Below are positions 24,301 through 36,920 of a stretch of 64,000 nt of DNA, piece by piece (position 1 is the stretch's first letter; the number at the start of each line of letters is the position of its first letter). The stretch is from Balanoglossus misakiensis (taxonomy: Eukaryota; Animalia; Hemichordata), in contig CM082580.2 in NCBI GenBank assembly GCA_040954595.2, positions 7,604,390 to 7,668,389 of the forward strand, given 5' to 3'. The notes beneath the pieces were generated by a model. It did not search any database, had not been told where the DNA came from, and saw only the letters and a program-made list of their open reading frames with translations. The translations under genes and the position numbers were made by a program.

Positions 24301-25192
24301 CCCGCGTCTGCGCCTACATGGCCGCAACAATGGCAGCAAGTCCGAATTTTCCTAAATTTGCATTTTTCAACGCCAAAGTTTATGTTCGTTGGCCATGACC
24401 GTGACAATGTTTTTGTCGACACGAGACGTGCCACTGTACAATGCAAGTAATAAGTTTTGAAGCCACTGTGCATGTTCCAATTTCGTATTGATGTGAGACA
24501 GGGCGGTTTAAACACACACGGATTCACGCAAGGCAACCGAATCCAAATAAACAAAACATGACTTGCGACTAGCATAGCCAACTTTAACGGCATTTTTCTC
24601 GTCCGACAAACCAAGTATACAAAGTAACATATTATTTTGCGTCATGCACAAAGTTTTCCATAAAAAGCGAAGAAACACATGAAAGTTGCTGAAGCAGCAA
24701 ATGTTGTGATAAAACGTTGAACTTGATTGAAGGAAAGATATATGCAGGCAGAACAGTTGTAGCCGAATACATGCATGTAAGGTGACGAATGATTGTGTTG
24801 AGCCTTACTTCTGATACGTGAGTCGTTCTTTAAAAGTCTGCTCAGACAAGGACGCGTTTCACGTACATACCTTGGAATTTTAATTCCCCCTTTCTCTGGG
24901 TGATGGCAGTCTGGCTGTTTGACATCGCCTTGGTGATCTGTTTAACAGCCGTGGCCAAAGCGTGACACATGCCTTCCGCCGTACGCAGCCCGGCCTCCGA
25001 ATTCTGTATCAGTGTTTGGGTCGCCACCAAAAGGTTTTCCTCCCGACACTCTCTGACAAAGTCGGCGGATTTTGTCATCTTTTCACTTTCTGTCGTCAGG
25101 TCGTCTGCCCATCTCCCCATCTTGACCGTGCATGCGAGGTTGTCTCGCCTGCCATCGTCTTCGTCGAACAGCGCTTCTTCGCTCGGCGGCAT
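15044..25192 (-). CDS. DTHD1-like paralogue 2 (~1691 aa): N-terminal domain, helical rod, ZU5, ZU5, UPA-like, death domain. Exons 25192-24871, 23942-23892, 23546-20627, 20517-20190, 20008-19826, 16829-16411, 16253-15746, 15513-15456, 15330-15044
   Basis: All introns are GT-AG, the phases chain correctly, and the exon sum of 5076 nt is divisible by 3. ZU5 motifs FSHVIRLEPQNITLSKFALVAIPY and SCSPIVYLSYFPSPKFYKAMTVRIPLP. The protein ends in a death domain. Confidence 0.88.
16896..19813. repeat. Compound pentanucleotide satellite: (GTGGT)n at ~16896-19335, then (GCTGT)n at ~19336-19813, filling intron 5 of paralogue 2
   Basis: Read directly from the sequence. It lies between the donor at 19825 and the acceptor at 16830. 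Confidence 0.98.
20627..23546 (-). CDS. Large single exon encoding the ~973-aa helical rod of paralogue 2
   Basis: ORF 20623..23571. Acceptor tttaaag|CTATG. Ends in GEMDNKNPKKW followed by a GTGAGA donor. Confidence 0.88.
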
Positions 25193-27056
25193 TTTTGACT
25201 ACGGCGTATCTTTCTTGCGTCGGGTGTGATACGAAGTATTAGTACACAGTCGTGGACGTCGCACCTCTTCTCTATGACGACCGCTACGCTCGAATGCCGA
25301 CTGTACGGGCGCAAGAAATGGTATTAGCGTGAGGTCTTACCGATCTCGCGCCTTCACGTGCCATCGGTAAAATACAATACGGCAGGGTAACACGAGCGTT
25401 TCCGAAGCCAGATTCTGATATAACCGAGTCGGGTGCGCGATTTTGATATTCCCCTTTGTGCCATCATACAAAATACCAACCTCCCGTCCCTCCCCCCGTG
25501 TGTCAAAACACCGATAGTGTTGCATTTTTACGACAACCACTTGTTGACGACATTCTCCGTTTATCGTTCAGTTGCACAACACGCTCTTGCTCTAAACAGT
25601 GGCTGGCTGACACATGAGCTTGTTTGGTTTGGGGACACACTTCGGGTTTCCATGGCAATGTAAAATAACACCGGCACAGAAACCCCACACACGGTGGATA
25701 TAGGAGTCGCGTGTCACCACAAACCTAGATTTCGTGTGAACCCAGGTAGTCGCTGCGATCTCAAGCTGTTGTAGTACAACGCGCGACTTAACGTGTTTTT
25801 TTTTTAACGAAAAGGGATTTTCTATCCTAATGCGAAAAGTAGAAAACAATTCCAGGCTTTGCATGTATGTAACTTGATTGAATATGAGAGGCGCGTCTGT
25901 AGTAACGTTGCTAAAACTGGGGGGAATTTAGGTCGCGTAACTTGATCGTGTACCCAGCCTGTACAATCTTGCAACTCTCTGTGGGTAAATGTCGTCTAAT
26001 TGATTTCTTGTGGAACAGAAGTCGAGCATTCCCCATACACACCTGTACATACGGATGTGTCCACATTATAGTGTGCACATATGTCTATTAGCGGAAAATT
26101 TACGTTCCGTTTTCGCCTAGCTATCGTATACCTGTGGCGCGGATAGGTACATGAATGGCTGCGTCGCAAAGCTGGGTGCTCCTGAAGTGTCTACCCCCTT
26201 AATGGCGCCCCCAACTTTGACGGTGTCGAACAATATGACACAGCGCATGACTTATTGATTGTGTTGCATTGGTCGTGTTGGTACAAAAATCTGTGCCGCA
26301 AACGAATCAATTGGAATTCACGTTACAATGACGGACCTTTGTGCAGACTCACGTTCGTGTCAAAGTAGCACAGACTGCATATCGCTGGGCCGAATCCACA
26401 GTAGCCCAGAGCTATGATTACTTTCGGTTGCCTAAAATCTGGGCTATAATTCCCCTACTGAAAGAGGTCTGCACTTAAACTCGAACTCAATTTGAACAAA
26501 TTCGATATTACGAGTATCTGTGGTTGCAACGCTGCAATGTTGTCACAGCGACGGGGTTCAAAAGTCAAAGTATAACCTTTTTGGCATTCACACACCTAGG
26601 ACATGCCAGGACACACATCCGCATGCATCAGATATCGATCAGGAGTAGTTTTTTGTTTGTCCGATGTCTATCAAGCCCAACAACTCCCGACCCTCCTATT
26701 TAAATCCCTTGCTGCCAAAAATGGCTTAATCATGATTTGGAAGCTATCTATTTTTTTTATCTTTTCCGTGACTACAACGCGCGTTCACGTTTCCGGACAT
26801 TGGAGTTTAACCCGTCGTTCGAAAAGACAACTATCACGGTCGACATCGTTATCTGCTGACTGACTGAAATACCATTTGTCAGAATGCTCAGTGAACTGAC
26901 TCGGGGGCGTTCATGCTAATTAGCATTCCACCTGTCCCCAATTGAACTCTCCGCTGGTCAGTGCTCAGCGCGCATGCATAAACACACCGCCCGGTACAGT
27001 AGGATAATACCACTTGTCGTCGCTAGACCATGTAAACGGAACTAAGTCGCGGCAAA
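25193..27056. promoter_or_regulatory. Candidate shared bidirectional promoter region of paralogues 2 and 3, with RFX X-box-like motifs (25646-25659 GTTTCCATGGCAAT; 26539-26552 GTTGTCACAGCGAC)
   Basis: The divergent start codons are 1.86 kb apart. The motifs were matched by eye to the X-box consensus GTHNYY-AT-RRNAAC. Confidence 0.5.
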
Positions 27057-30000
27057 ATGTCAGAAACGAACGTGCTGCGGTTCGACGAGGACCACCGCAG
27101 GAAGGACAACCTCGGCTGCAAAGCGAAACTGGCCAAGGCGGGGAGAGAGCTCCCCAAGATGACGGAGAGGATCTTGAAGAGCTCCTTCGAGGAGTTCCAG
27201 GAGAAGGGTTTCCTGGACGGGCTCCTGCGACTGATCACCGAGTCCAAGACCGACATCGCCGCCGCCGAGGCCATTTGCAACGCCCTGGGCGAGGAGATCA
27301 AGAGTTTCGCCGTCGCCGTCGGGAACAGTCGGGATGCCTTCCGCGGGAAGAGAGAGGAACTACTGAGACAAATCAGTAAGAAAACATTCAATCGGGGATA
27401 GATCGGTATACTTGTATAGCCCTTGTCGTCGATTGTAGCCATGGTGACGTAAACTAACCAGGATGAACCCCGGATAGGTCAGATGTTGTCAGATCATTTA
27501 ACACGATCTCTCTGGGCTATGCATGGAGAACAGAAAACACAAATGTATATATGGGCAATGTTTGTCTGACAACAAATCTCGCTTTGTTATTTTGTTGCAT
27601 TCTTACATTTTTATCCGTTCGACCTTTGGTTTCGGTAAATAGAAGACAAGTCTTGTTTTACGTTTCGTCCCTTAGATGCATTTTACTGGCGTCTTTATTT
27701 GACCACTGTTACTTTTCAAAGGTCCTACTTTATGATGTACTTAAAGGACACTTTCTTCCGTCGATAGTCTGCATTCATTAATACTTGAGTCCTGAATCTC
27801 GAACAGTTACCAACTAAAGTGGAGATAGAACAACAGTCTTTTAATGGAGCCAATATCTTTTTAAGAGAAAGCTTTTTATTATTTTCCTATGGAAAAGGGA
27901 CGGTATGTTACCATACCACACACAGATCGTTTTGTTCAAGATGTTGATTTTGAAAGGCGGATGAAGAGCCAATTGAGAATTTTTATTCGAACAACCGTTT
28001 TCCGAAAAATGCGAGAAAAAGCAATTTACAAATTTTCAAAGCAGGCTATCAAGAAATTTGCTATCCGGCCTTTAAAACACCAAGAATTTTAGAAAGGCTT
28101 ACAATAAGACTGGAGATCATTTTGGATGTGTTCTGAAACAACCCAGTGTAATAAGGATATCAAATCGGGTCAAGAGCAGCTTAAGGCGGCTACGAATAGA
28201 CGCCCTCTTCGAGGAAATGCTGCATGTCAAGTATCCTTTTGTTTATCAGGCACTTTCGAAATTCCACGACTCAGGTGTCACTCTGTTGTGGTAACAACGA
28301 GGCGGTATAGGTTGAATGGTGACAAAGCTTGTGTGGCTGCCACACTGTGTGTATACGGAGTGTCAAAGGTCACCAGGGAACGAACCCGGAGGGAATATAC
28401 GAGTTCACACGTCATTGGCCCCAATTTCAATACGCCAATTGTCGTTTTATGTACTAGTATTCTCTCGTCGGTCTCCAGGTGTTCTTTGTATTCATCAAGG
28501 GTGTCCCGAGGAGGTGAAATGGGAGTGATACTGGGCGGGTTTTATGTGACGCGGGCTCGAGATTTATCAAAATCATAGTCACTCCTCGAGATACATAAAA
28601 TCCTAAATTAAAACTTGCCGAAAAGGAGGAGAGGTAGGCCTACCTATAGCATGTAGGTAGATAAGTCATATTTTTCAAAGTAGCGTTTCACCTCTTACTG
28701 ACCAGAAGTTGATTTTGTTTGCTTGTATGTTTGCTTTGTCAAATATTTCAGAAGAGAAAGAAAAGAAACAGGAAGAAGATGCAAACAGGAAAGATTCTAC
28801 TGCCAAAGCTGGCAAAGGGAAAGGTAAGCACAAGAAAGTCTCTGTATTGAGTTGAAATTCTGTAACTCGAGTCCTTTTCGCCCACGCATACGCGTACAAA
28901 GTGTTTTTTTTCCGCCGAAAGTCTTAAATACAAATAAAAATTGTTCCGAGCATCTCATCAAAATCACGAATGGAACGGTATATAAACTCACTTACACTCT
29001 CGCTCGTTTACCGCCCCTTGCAGGCATCGGTCTGGAAGATTTGTACCTGCAACTGAACAAAGTTCAGCAGGCTCTGGAAGGGGTCGGCGACCGGGGCAGC
29101 GAAGAACACAACGTGGCGACCAGGGTGCTGGAGGGCGCCAAGGAGGCGGAGAAGGACAAGAAGAAGAAGCAGGCGGAGAAGAAAGTCAAGTCACAGACGA
29201 AGGCGATCGAGAAGACGGTGTCGAACCTGGAGAGGGACTGCAAGCGAGCGGAGGAGGCGGCCGAGGAGTGCCGGCGCCTGTGCGAACAGATCAAGCCCGA
29301 CACCGACGAAAACCAGAGGATGGTCGAGGAGCTGAATGGCAAGATCAAAGCCACCGAGGAAATTAAAGCCAGGGTTGCAGAGGTTACAAGTGCGCTGCGA
29401 GAGATTGACGAAGAGATGAAAGCTTCAGTGGCTGGCGGTGACGCAGCGTCATCAGGCGAAGAAATCGAAGGAACGCTTGAACGACTTGAGGAGCGGAAAC
29501 AGGAAGCGGAAGTGGTGGGCGACCGACTGAAGACATTAGCGGAGACGAACGAAGACATGGTTGCCATGGCGAAGGAGTACATTGAGAACGCGTCGCAGAT
29601 AGAAGACGTCAATCTCATCCTGAAGGAAGCCGCGGATTTGGTGGAAGATTCGGATTCTGCGTTCGCGCAAACGTCAGACGACATCGCGAGATTTCAAGAG
29701 GACTTCAAGCAGACGATCAAGGGAAATCTGGCGGAGCTGCGGGCGGGAAATTCGTTGAAGGGCCAGACACCGGAGGAGTACGCAAGCAAAGTTTGTTCGC
29801 AGATAGACGCCGAGAAGGAAAAGTGCAGGGGCCACGTTGAAAAGGTCAAGGAACTTTCCAAAAAGGTTCAGGAGAGTTCTTCCCAGCTGAAGAGCGCCAG
29901 CGACGCGCCGAACGCCAAAGACAAAGACAAAGTTCCGAAAATAGCCAACAAAGTCAAGCGCCAGAGCAGAGAGATGAAGAAGACAAAAGAGGCCTTGGAC

Positions 30001-33000
30001 AAAACGGTGGAAGAGATTAACAACTTCATCCGGGAGACGGCGTGCAGTCTCCAACGCAAGTGCATGACCGGCAAGGGGCTGCTGTCTATCGACAAGCTGA
30101 AAAAGGATGTTGGGAATCTCGAGGCGGGCACGGACCAGCTGAAGCAAATCGCTGAAAGGATGGACGCCTTCTACGAAGACATCAAACACGAAGATCAGAA
30201 CACAGGCGATCTGGGGGACGAGTATCAGGTGGGGGCGAAGGAGGTGCAGGTGGCTATAGAGGGCGGCCTCGACAAGATCAGCCATTCGGAATCCCTCGCC
30301 AGGAACTTCAAGACGTTCCTCCAGAACGACGAGTTTACCGACGAAGAATTCGCGGAGCAGTTCGAAGCTGTCCAAGCAGACAGCAAAGAAGTCGCTTCCG
30401 CGGCCAAACTGATCGAAACGGAGAGGATACAGCGAAAGCGTTGGGTCAATGAAGCAGAAACCCGGATTAAGGGCCAGCGAAGGAACAAGGTCAACGAGCA
30501 CGTCACAGAGTTCCTGCAAGGGGTCGAGACAATCATGGGACACTACAGCCAAGTTGAAGCCGACGCCGCGAAAGCCACCGACGACGCCGAAACCTCGGCC
30601 AAACACTGCTGCCGCGACACGAACGAAGCGCGGAAGGCCATACAGCAGGTGATTGAAGACGCCGAGCGGGTCAGGAAATCTCTGCAGGCGGGCAAGGCGT
30701 GTTTCGTCAAGAATCAGGCGAACATAGGTAAACTACAGGCCCTGGCCAAAAAGGATGAGCCCTCCGCCGAGGAAATTGACGAGGCCAAGGAAACCATTAA
30801 TAAGAACGTGGAATCTCTGAACAAGACATCAGACGCCGTGAAGAGTTGTGTAGAAAAATTAAATCGCAGCGTAGAAGAAATGGAGGTCAAAAATCCCACA
30901 AACTGGAAAACGTTCAAGTAAGTTTACGACTGACTAACTCTACCATCTCGGTCCGTCTGTCTGTCTGTCTGTCTGTCTGTCTGGCTAGTAAGTACTAGTA
31001 AGTTGTAAACGCTGCAACAAGCAAATACTTTCAGCAAAATTAACGCATCCGCTGTAAACTTCAGCTGATACCAACAAGACAATATCTAAGTTTTTCTTCA
31101 CTTTCTCGAATCAGATTCTATCATGGAGAGGAAGAGAACGACGATGAGTTGATGTGTGTCATCCGAGCCCCACCTGGGATTTTAGACGACGTACCCATCC
31201 AGTGCAACACAGCAGAAGACTTACTCCACAGCGCCATGGGACCGCACGACCGCGTCTTCAGCCCCGTCGTCAAAATCGATCCGCAGGACAAACTCTTCGC
31301 CAAGTTCGTGCTGGTTGCCATACCGTACTCCAAGTACGACCCACAGCGCAAGCGAGACCGCAGCATCATGGTGAAGAACACGGTGGACGGCAAAAAGTGG
31401 CACGTGTCCCACACCAACTCAACGGACAGGACCATTAGTCAGTTCAAGGTAACTTTGCTGCATTTTCGATACAAATTCCCCCGTATTTAAAGCTATCGTT
31501 ATGACCAAAAACCCGAACACATTCATAACGATTTTATGTCCATTTTACGACTTGGGGTCTCATGGACTCGTGGTGGGGAAAGTTACAGATGATTTGGCCA
31601 GTTTTATCATTAATTCTCTATGCGTGGCTATCACGATCGTTTTGTACCAGGGATTGGTGTTCGCCGAAATTGCCACCAAACAGTTGTCCACCTACATTGT
31701 GATATCACGCGTGGTCGAGGACCGTGCAACCATCGACAAGAAGGGCGAAGTCATGACGTCATCGGTCGAACAGCGAATCTGCGTCGAGTACCCGACTGGA
31801 ACGATCAGAGCCACTACCGAAGTTGCGCTGAAGGTATAAAATCATGGCCACAATTTAACAAACGAGATGATTCTTTATATGTGTCCGGGCGAGGTGATTA
31901 GGGAAGCCTGAAGTTGCAAGACAGCAGAATGAGGGTCTATGGCGTCACAATATTTTCAACCTATAGAACAACCAATGACTTCATAGGGTCTCTGTATGTC
32001 TGTCTGTCCGTCTGTCTCGGTCTGTTTCTGTCCTGTCTGTCATCTTACACTCTTGCCTCTTCTTACAGGTACAACTGGTCGAACAAGCAAGTGTCAATCA
32101 ACTCAAAGAACGGCACAAAGCACAGGTCGCAGATCTGGAGACAAGCAGTCCCATCATCAACATCACCTACTCGCCGATACCGACATTCGACCACCCGGTG
32201 ACAGTGACGGTGCCCCTGCCGAACGCCACAAAAGCAGCGGCGTCTACGCCCAATCCTCAACCCGTTCCCCAGCATCACGGCGCGCGGAGAACATCTGAAC
32301 AGAGCGAGGATGGCTCCATTCACGTCATGGTGAAAAATATCGGCGAGAAGTGGCAGGAACTTTCCCTCCAAAAGAGCGGACTCAAAACGTGTAAAAATGA
32401 CGTAGTCATGTTCGATGTGACTGAGCCATTTCCGAAGTGAGTGATCAGTTTGAATCTTTGGCGACCGAACGATACAGTCCGCTTGTATGCGCAGTTCCGT
32501 ATATTCAACGTCAAACACTTGTTGCGTCGATGTCCAGAAGTTTGAGGCTTTGAGCAACGTCTTAAAATATAGATGGAGTAATAAACAGATCGCCACCCAG
32601 GCACCTTAACGCTGTATTTGAGAACTTACTTCTGCCTTAGGTAATAAAACCGTAGAATAGCTGAAAAAACACTGATAAAACCCGAATCAATTAAATTGCG
32701 TGTTGAGCCCAAGTGCCTGTAATGTTCCCTATCAACATTTCCACCGTTGTATTTTTGCAGACTGTTGGTGTTGAAATCATCCGGATCGGAGCGCTCTTCA
32801 AAGCCAGAAATGGCGCGGGAAGTTGAAGAGTGGACCGAAATAGTGTCGGTCGTCAGGTTCGTGTTTCACCAGCACGACGACGACAGAACCAACGCCATCG
32901 CGCAGATCGTACCGCAGAATGGCTGCCAGCAACTGGTGGACGACCTGTCGGAGCAAGGGTACAGCGGTCCGCCGGACCCCAGCAACGAGTTCGAACTCCG

Positions 33001-33990
33001 AGAGGAGCAGGAGGTCTCCATCAGGTTCAAGGGCACCGGCAACATCGACTTCTCCGACGGCGGCGGCGGCGAGCGTCGGCTGAAGTTCTACCGGGGACGC
33101 TCGAACAGGGCCCAGTTCTGGGTGAAGGAGAGGGACCCGTATCGCAACCAGGGAGACTTCAACAAAGGCGTGGTGGAGATTTACGCCAAGGCCGTCCAAC
33201 AGAGCACGGCACGAGGCGACGTCCAAGGCGGCGAAGACAAGTTCACATTTGTGGAATCGCTTCCCGTGGCGATTCCAAAGGTGGGGCGGCACATTACCGC
33301 GAGAAATTCCCGACAGAATCAATCATTTGTGATTTAGAAGATGTCCCTTACATTCTGTATTACAGCATGGAAGCCAAGGTTGTATATCTCTGCCACCTTT
33401 TATTTTTTTTCTCATTTACTTATTTTCTTCCCATTGCAGAAAGAAATGCAAACAATAACACGTGAGAGAACATTCTGTGAATCTGACTACAAAGGTAAGT
33501 TCACTAAAATATAATAGCCAAGATGAAAGTCGAATCTCATAGACAACAATTATACGGCAATTTTGGGGAATACCGTCTATGGCAAGAGGAAGTGATATCC
33601 TTGTTTCATCCTGTCATTTCTCATGTTCGTTGTGGTGGATAAGCAAAGCGCAGTAGTTTCAAAACAAGATAACCAATTGCATACGAAATAACGCATTTTG
33701 GTGCTCTTCGAAACTCCTTGCTTTCCTCAGGGACGCTAAGCGATGAGGGATTGAGGGATCTGGCCAAGGAGATAGGGCTCGAGTTCAGAAGACTGGCAAA
33801 CTACTTGGGAACAACAAATGCCCGTTTGCAGCGGATTATCAAGGATAATCCCAACAGTACGGAAGACCAGACATTCGAGATATTGGTCACGTGGAGGCAA
33901 GGTCAACCCCGGTCGGCCAATAAACTGAAATTACTGAAGAGGGCGCTGGTCAAAGCGGAACGCCGAGATCTGGCCGAAAAAATCCAATGA
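27057..33990 (+). CDS. DTHD1-like paralogue 3 (~1334 aa). Exons 27057-27375, 28752-28823, 29024-30917, 31115-31448, 31651-31833, 32069-32436, 32761-33280, 33440-33494, 33731-33990
   Basis: Same nine-exon structure and phases as paralogue 2, and the exon sum of 4005 nt is divisible by 3. ZU5 motifs FSPVVKIDPQDKLFAKFVLVAIPY and SSPIINITYSPIPTFDHPVTVTVPLP. The protein ends in a death domain. Confidence 0.88.
29024..30917 (+). CDS. Large single exon encoding the ~631-aa helical rod of paralogue 3
   Basis: ORF 28852..30921. Ends in EEMEVKNPTNW followed by a GTAAGT donor. Confidence 0.88.
30950..30983. repeat. (TCTG)n microsatellite, intronic
   Basis: Read directly from the sequence. Confidence 0.85.
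33731..33990 (+). CDS. Death-domain exon of paralogue 3
   Basis: LSDEGLRDLAKEIGLEFRRLANYLGTTNARLQRIIKDNPNSTEDQTFEILVTWRQ...LKRALVKAERRDLA. Confidence 0.9.
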
Positions 33991-34093
33991 ACACAATGTT
34001 CATTCACAATGTCAGATCAACAGGCGGACGTAAAAACGCAAAAATGAAAATATTATGGACATGCAGACATCAGTTGAAAGGAGAGATATTGAT

Positions 34094-34359
34094 GATAGGT
34101 CACATGTCATCACCTATAGACGTGTTTCCTGTTATAAGCTTCAGCATGAGACAAAGAGCGTGCAAAATTGGCCAAAGTTGCCGTGTACAATCGTTATGCA
34201 AATTTCCATCTGGTTTTACTTTGAGTACAATCTGTGTGGCCGATAAAGAACACGTGATCGGTCACGTGTCATCAAGACTAGTTTCCTTGGATAACCGTCA
34301 GCGTGAGACAGACCAACTTGCCTCAAAAAGTGCAAAAATTGGCCAAAGTTGCCGTGTAC
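34094..34359. repeat. Diverged ~100-bp direct repeat (two copies, ~34094-34188 and ~34257-34359) in the presumed 3' UTR of paralogue 3
   Basis: Both copies run gat-ggtcac-tgtcatca...cagc-tgagaca...gtgcaaaa(a)ttggccaaagttgccgtgtac. Confidence 0.75.
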
Positions 34360-36095
34360 GCAGCAATGCCGCCTTTTAATAAAATCGCCATGCAAGTTAG
34401 CGTCTGCTTACATTTTGACACAATTTGAACTATTTTTGATATAATATATCCAAATAACTTAGATAGCGGTTTCATCAGATAAGTGAATGTATACGATAAG
34501 TTTTCGAATAAAAAAGTATCACAATTTTTTGTAAACCTTTGTACATAATCTTTTTATTTTTATTGTATGAATGTAATACCATGTAATACAGGCAACAATC
34601 TGTAAACAAATACAGCTGTATAAAATTTAAAAGGAAGGCATTTTTTTTGCGTATTCCGGTATTACATTGATACAAACAATGTTAAGACTACAAAAAATCT
34701 TCGGCTGCCACGAGACGCGGCAAAAATGCGGTTAAATCACAGTGTGATTGTACAGTTTGACATAAGTTACATCACGGTTAACAATTTGGCAATTTTTGTG
34801 TGTGAGTACGACATGGCAAAGCCAATGTTGACAATGCAAGAGCTTTTGTAAAACAATGAAGTACACCATCTGCATATTATTTTGTTTGACACCAAGTAAC
34901 ATGTTCATGAATTAAAAAGAGCACCCTTTGATACGTAGTTTTATCATACAGAGATTTTGTAAAGATTAATCTTGGTCTTCCGCACCCCACAAACATCCCT
35001 AATTAATTAAACACACAAGAGCGTGACATTGGCAAATTGTTAAAATTTTATGGACAAAGGCAACTTATTATTTGAGTTACGATTAAATATTCCAACGGGA
35101 CGATGCAAATTTTTTGATCACTTTAGATGCCTCTTATTGGCTTTTAAATAAGCTTAGACATGGAAGAGCTCTAGTTCATCAACTTGTGCCAGTTGGAATA
35201 AACTTACAATCCTGAGAAAAAACAAATGTGTCTGAAAAGGTTCAGCACACGCATGCATGAATGTATCAAGTGCACACAAAGTCCGCATTGGGGTCAAGTC
35301 TTATGATGTACATTTTATAATACTGTCCTCATACATTTTTCTGACCATTCTTCGGTGATTCACAAGTTTCCAATAACTCGTTTCGAGTTCCACCAAATCA
35401 AATTACGACTCAACTGATCCCAAATATAACGATTAAAATGTGCTGAAATCTTTCAAAATTCGAAAATCTTGTTTTGGTAAATTTTCCTGAAATGCAAGAT
35501 ACTGCCAAATTGTAGGTTGGTCTTCTTAATTTTCACAACATGTCTATATAAATCTGAATACAGCAGTGAATGGATAGATTTAATTTAATTTGAATCATCT
35601 GAAAATTTCTCTAGAAGTTTCTTTTGCTGTGCCAGCCAGACACCACCAAATAGTAGATGGATTGTGGGAGACACCGCAACTTCAAAATTGTGTGCATCTT
35701 TGTGTACATGTAAGTCAGTGTAGGGTTGTCAACAAGACTGTCTTTTTCTGACAATTTCACAAAACCTTAAACCTCATACTCTTACTACCTAGTAAAGTCT
35801 CGTAGAAAGATACAGCTTAAACTTATCACAAAAGTGTTCCTTTCCAAGGCTACGTATATTTGGCAGTTTATACACCCCTTTTCGTCTGCACGTCTAAACA
35901 TGCAGGCACAGTGCGACCCATGCCGTTTCAATGTAAAACCTATACAAAAATAAAGTAGCATTGAATTTATCACTATAGTGTACATCTGCTAAAAAATCTC
36001 AATCACGTATGAATTACTTTTTTTCTGACCATCAAAATACACCACCAGTTTTGGAGTTGGTGCCGTTGTATCATGGACAGAGACATCTGCCCCTC

Positions 36096-36187
36096 TTAAC
36101 CCTTTCACCGCTATGGTCCAGTCCAAACCCATTGTTTTCTATGGTAAGTTGGACCTCTACGGAGGGAACTGGGGATGAAAGGTTTAA
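36096..36187. mobile_element. ~90-bp TTAA-flanked MITE (piggyBac-like termini), copy 1
   Basis: TTAA-CCCTTTCACC...GGATGAAAGGT-TTAA. The internal sequence is shared with other copies in the window. Confidence 0.75.
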
Positions 36188-36920
36188 CACTCCCCAATGA
36201 CACGATAATATGTGTATACATGTATGCAAGAAAATGATCATGAATGTGATAACTGAATGAACATTCGGGCAGTAAACCTCGTGATAGTCTAGCGCCCTCA
36301 CACAGCCATCATTAATTTGAACTCAAAGCAACTGGTACATGCAAGTCTCAGACCATGAATACACGCGCACGCATTTGGTACAAAACTTCACTGTCTGACG
36401 AAGTCCATTCTTGCCGTCTTCAGTGGTGATAAGGCCTTACTTCATGGAAGCCTCCAGCAAGATATGTCAACATAAACAAGTTGTGCATGCTGGTTGGTAA
36501 AGCAATAAAAGTTCCGACTCATAAACTGACGAAGTTTGTGAAATCTGAAGGAAGACTAGCACAGCGAGGCCTTGTAAAAAAATTCCCCTTCAATTGCTGG
36601 AAGTAAAGTTATGGTAATGTTCGGTTGTACTGAAGTCACTCCCACTTGAGTCTTTTAGATGATAATTACAGTAAATGTTTTAAAAATATACAACGACATC
36701 ATAACATCAAAGTTTAGGTCAAGTATATAAAGCATATTCAACTACTACACCTGTATTGTGTCAAACACTACATTGTCATAAAGCACAGTGTCTACATTTT
36801 ACATTTATTATATACAAGAGATCAAGAAAACAATTCAGCTTAAATAAAAAGCCAGAGTTAACATCTTCCTGTCTGAATCGCGAGTGAGCTCTAACTAGGT
36901 TAGGACTGGCCAGGATGCTT

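Noticed and set aside
25810-25930. NF-kB-like (GGGATTTTCT) and IRF-like motifs in the divergent promoter
   Set aside because: They are short, imperfect matches expected by chance and not enough to claim immune regulation.
27057-27401. Three ~115-128-aa ORFs as stand-alone small genes or uORFs (with 5472-5858 and 24842-25192)
   Set aside because: Each has a phase-1 donor at an equivalent position that chains in frame into the downstream exons, so they are better explained as exon 1.
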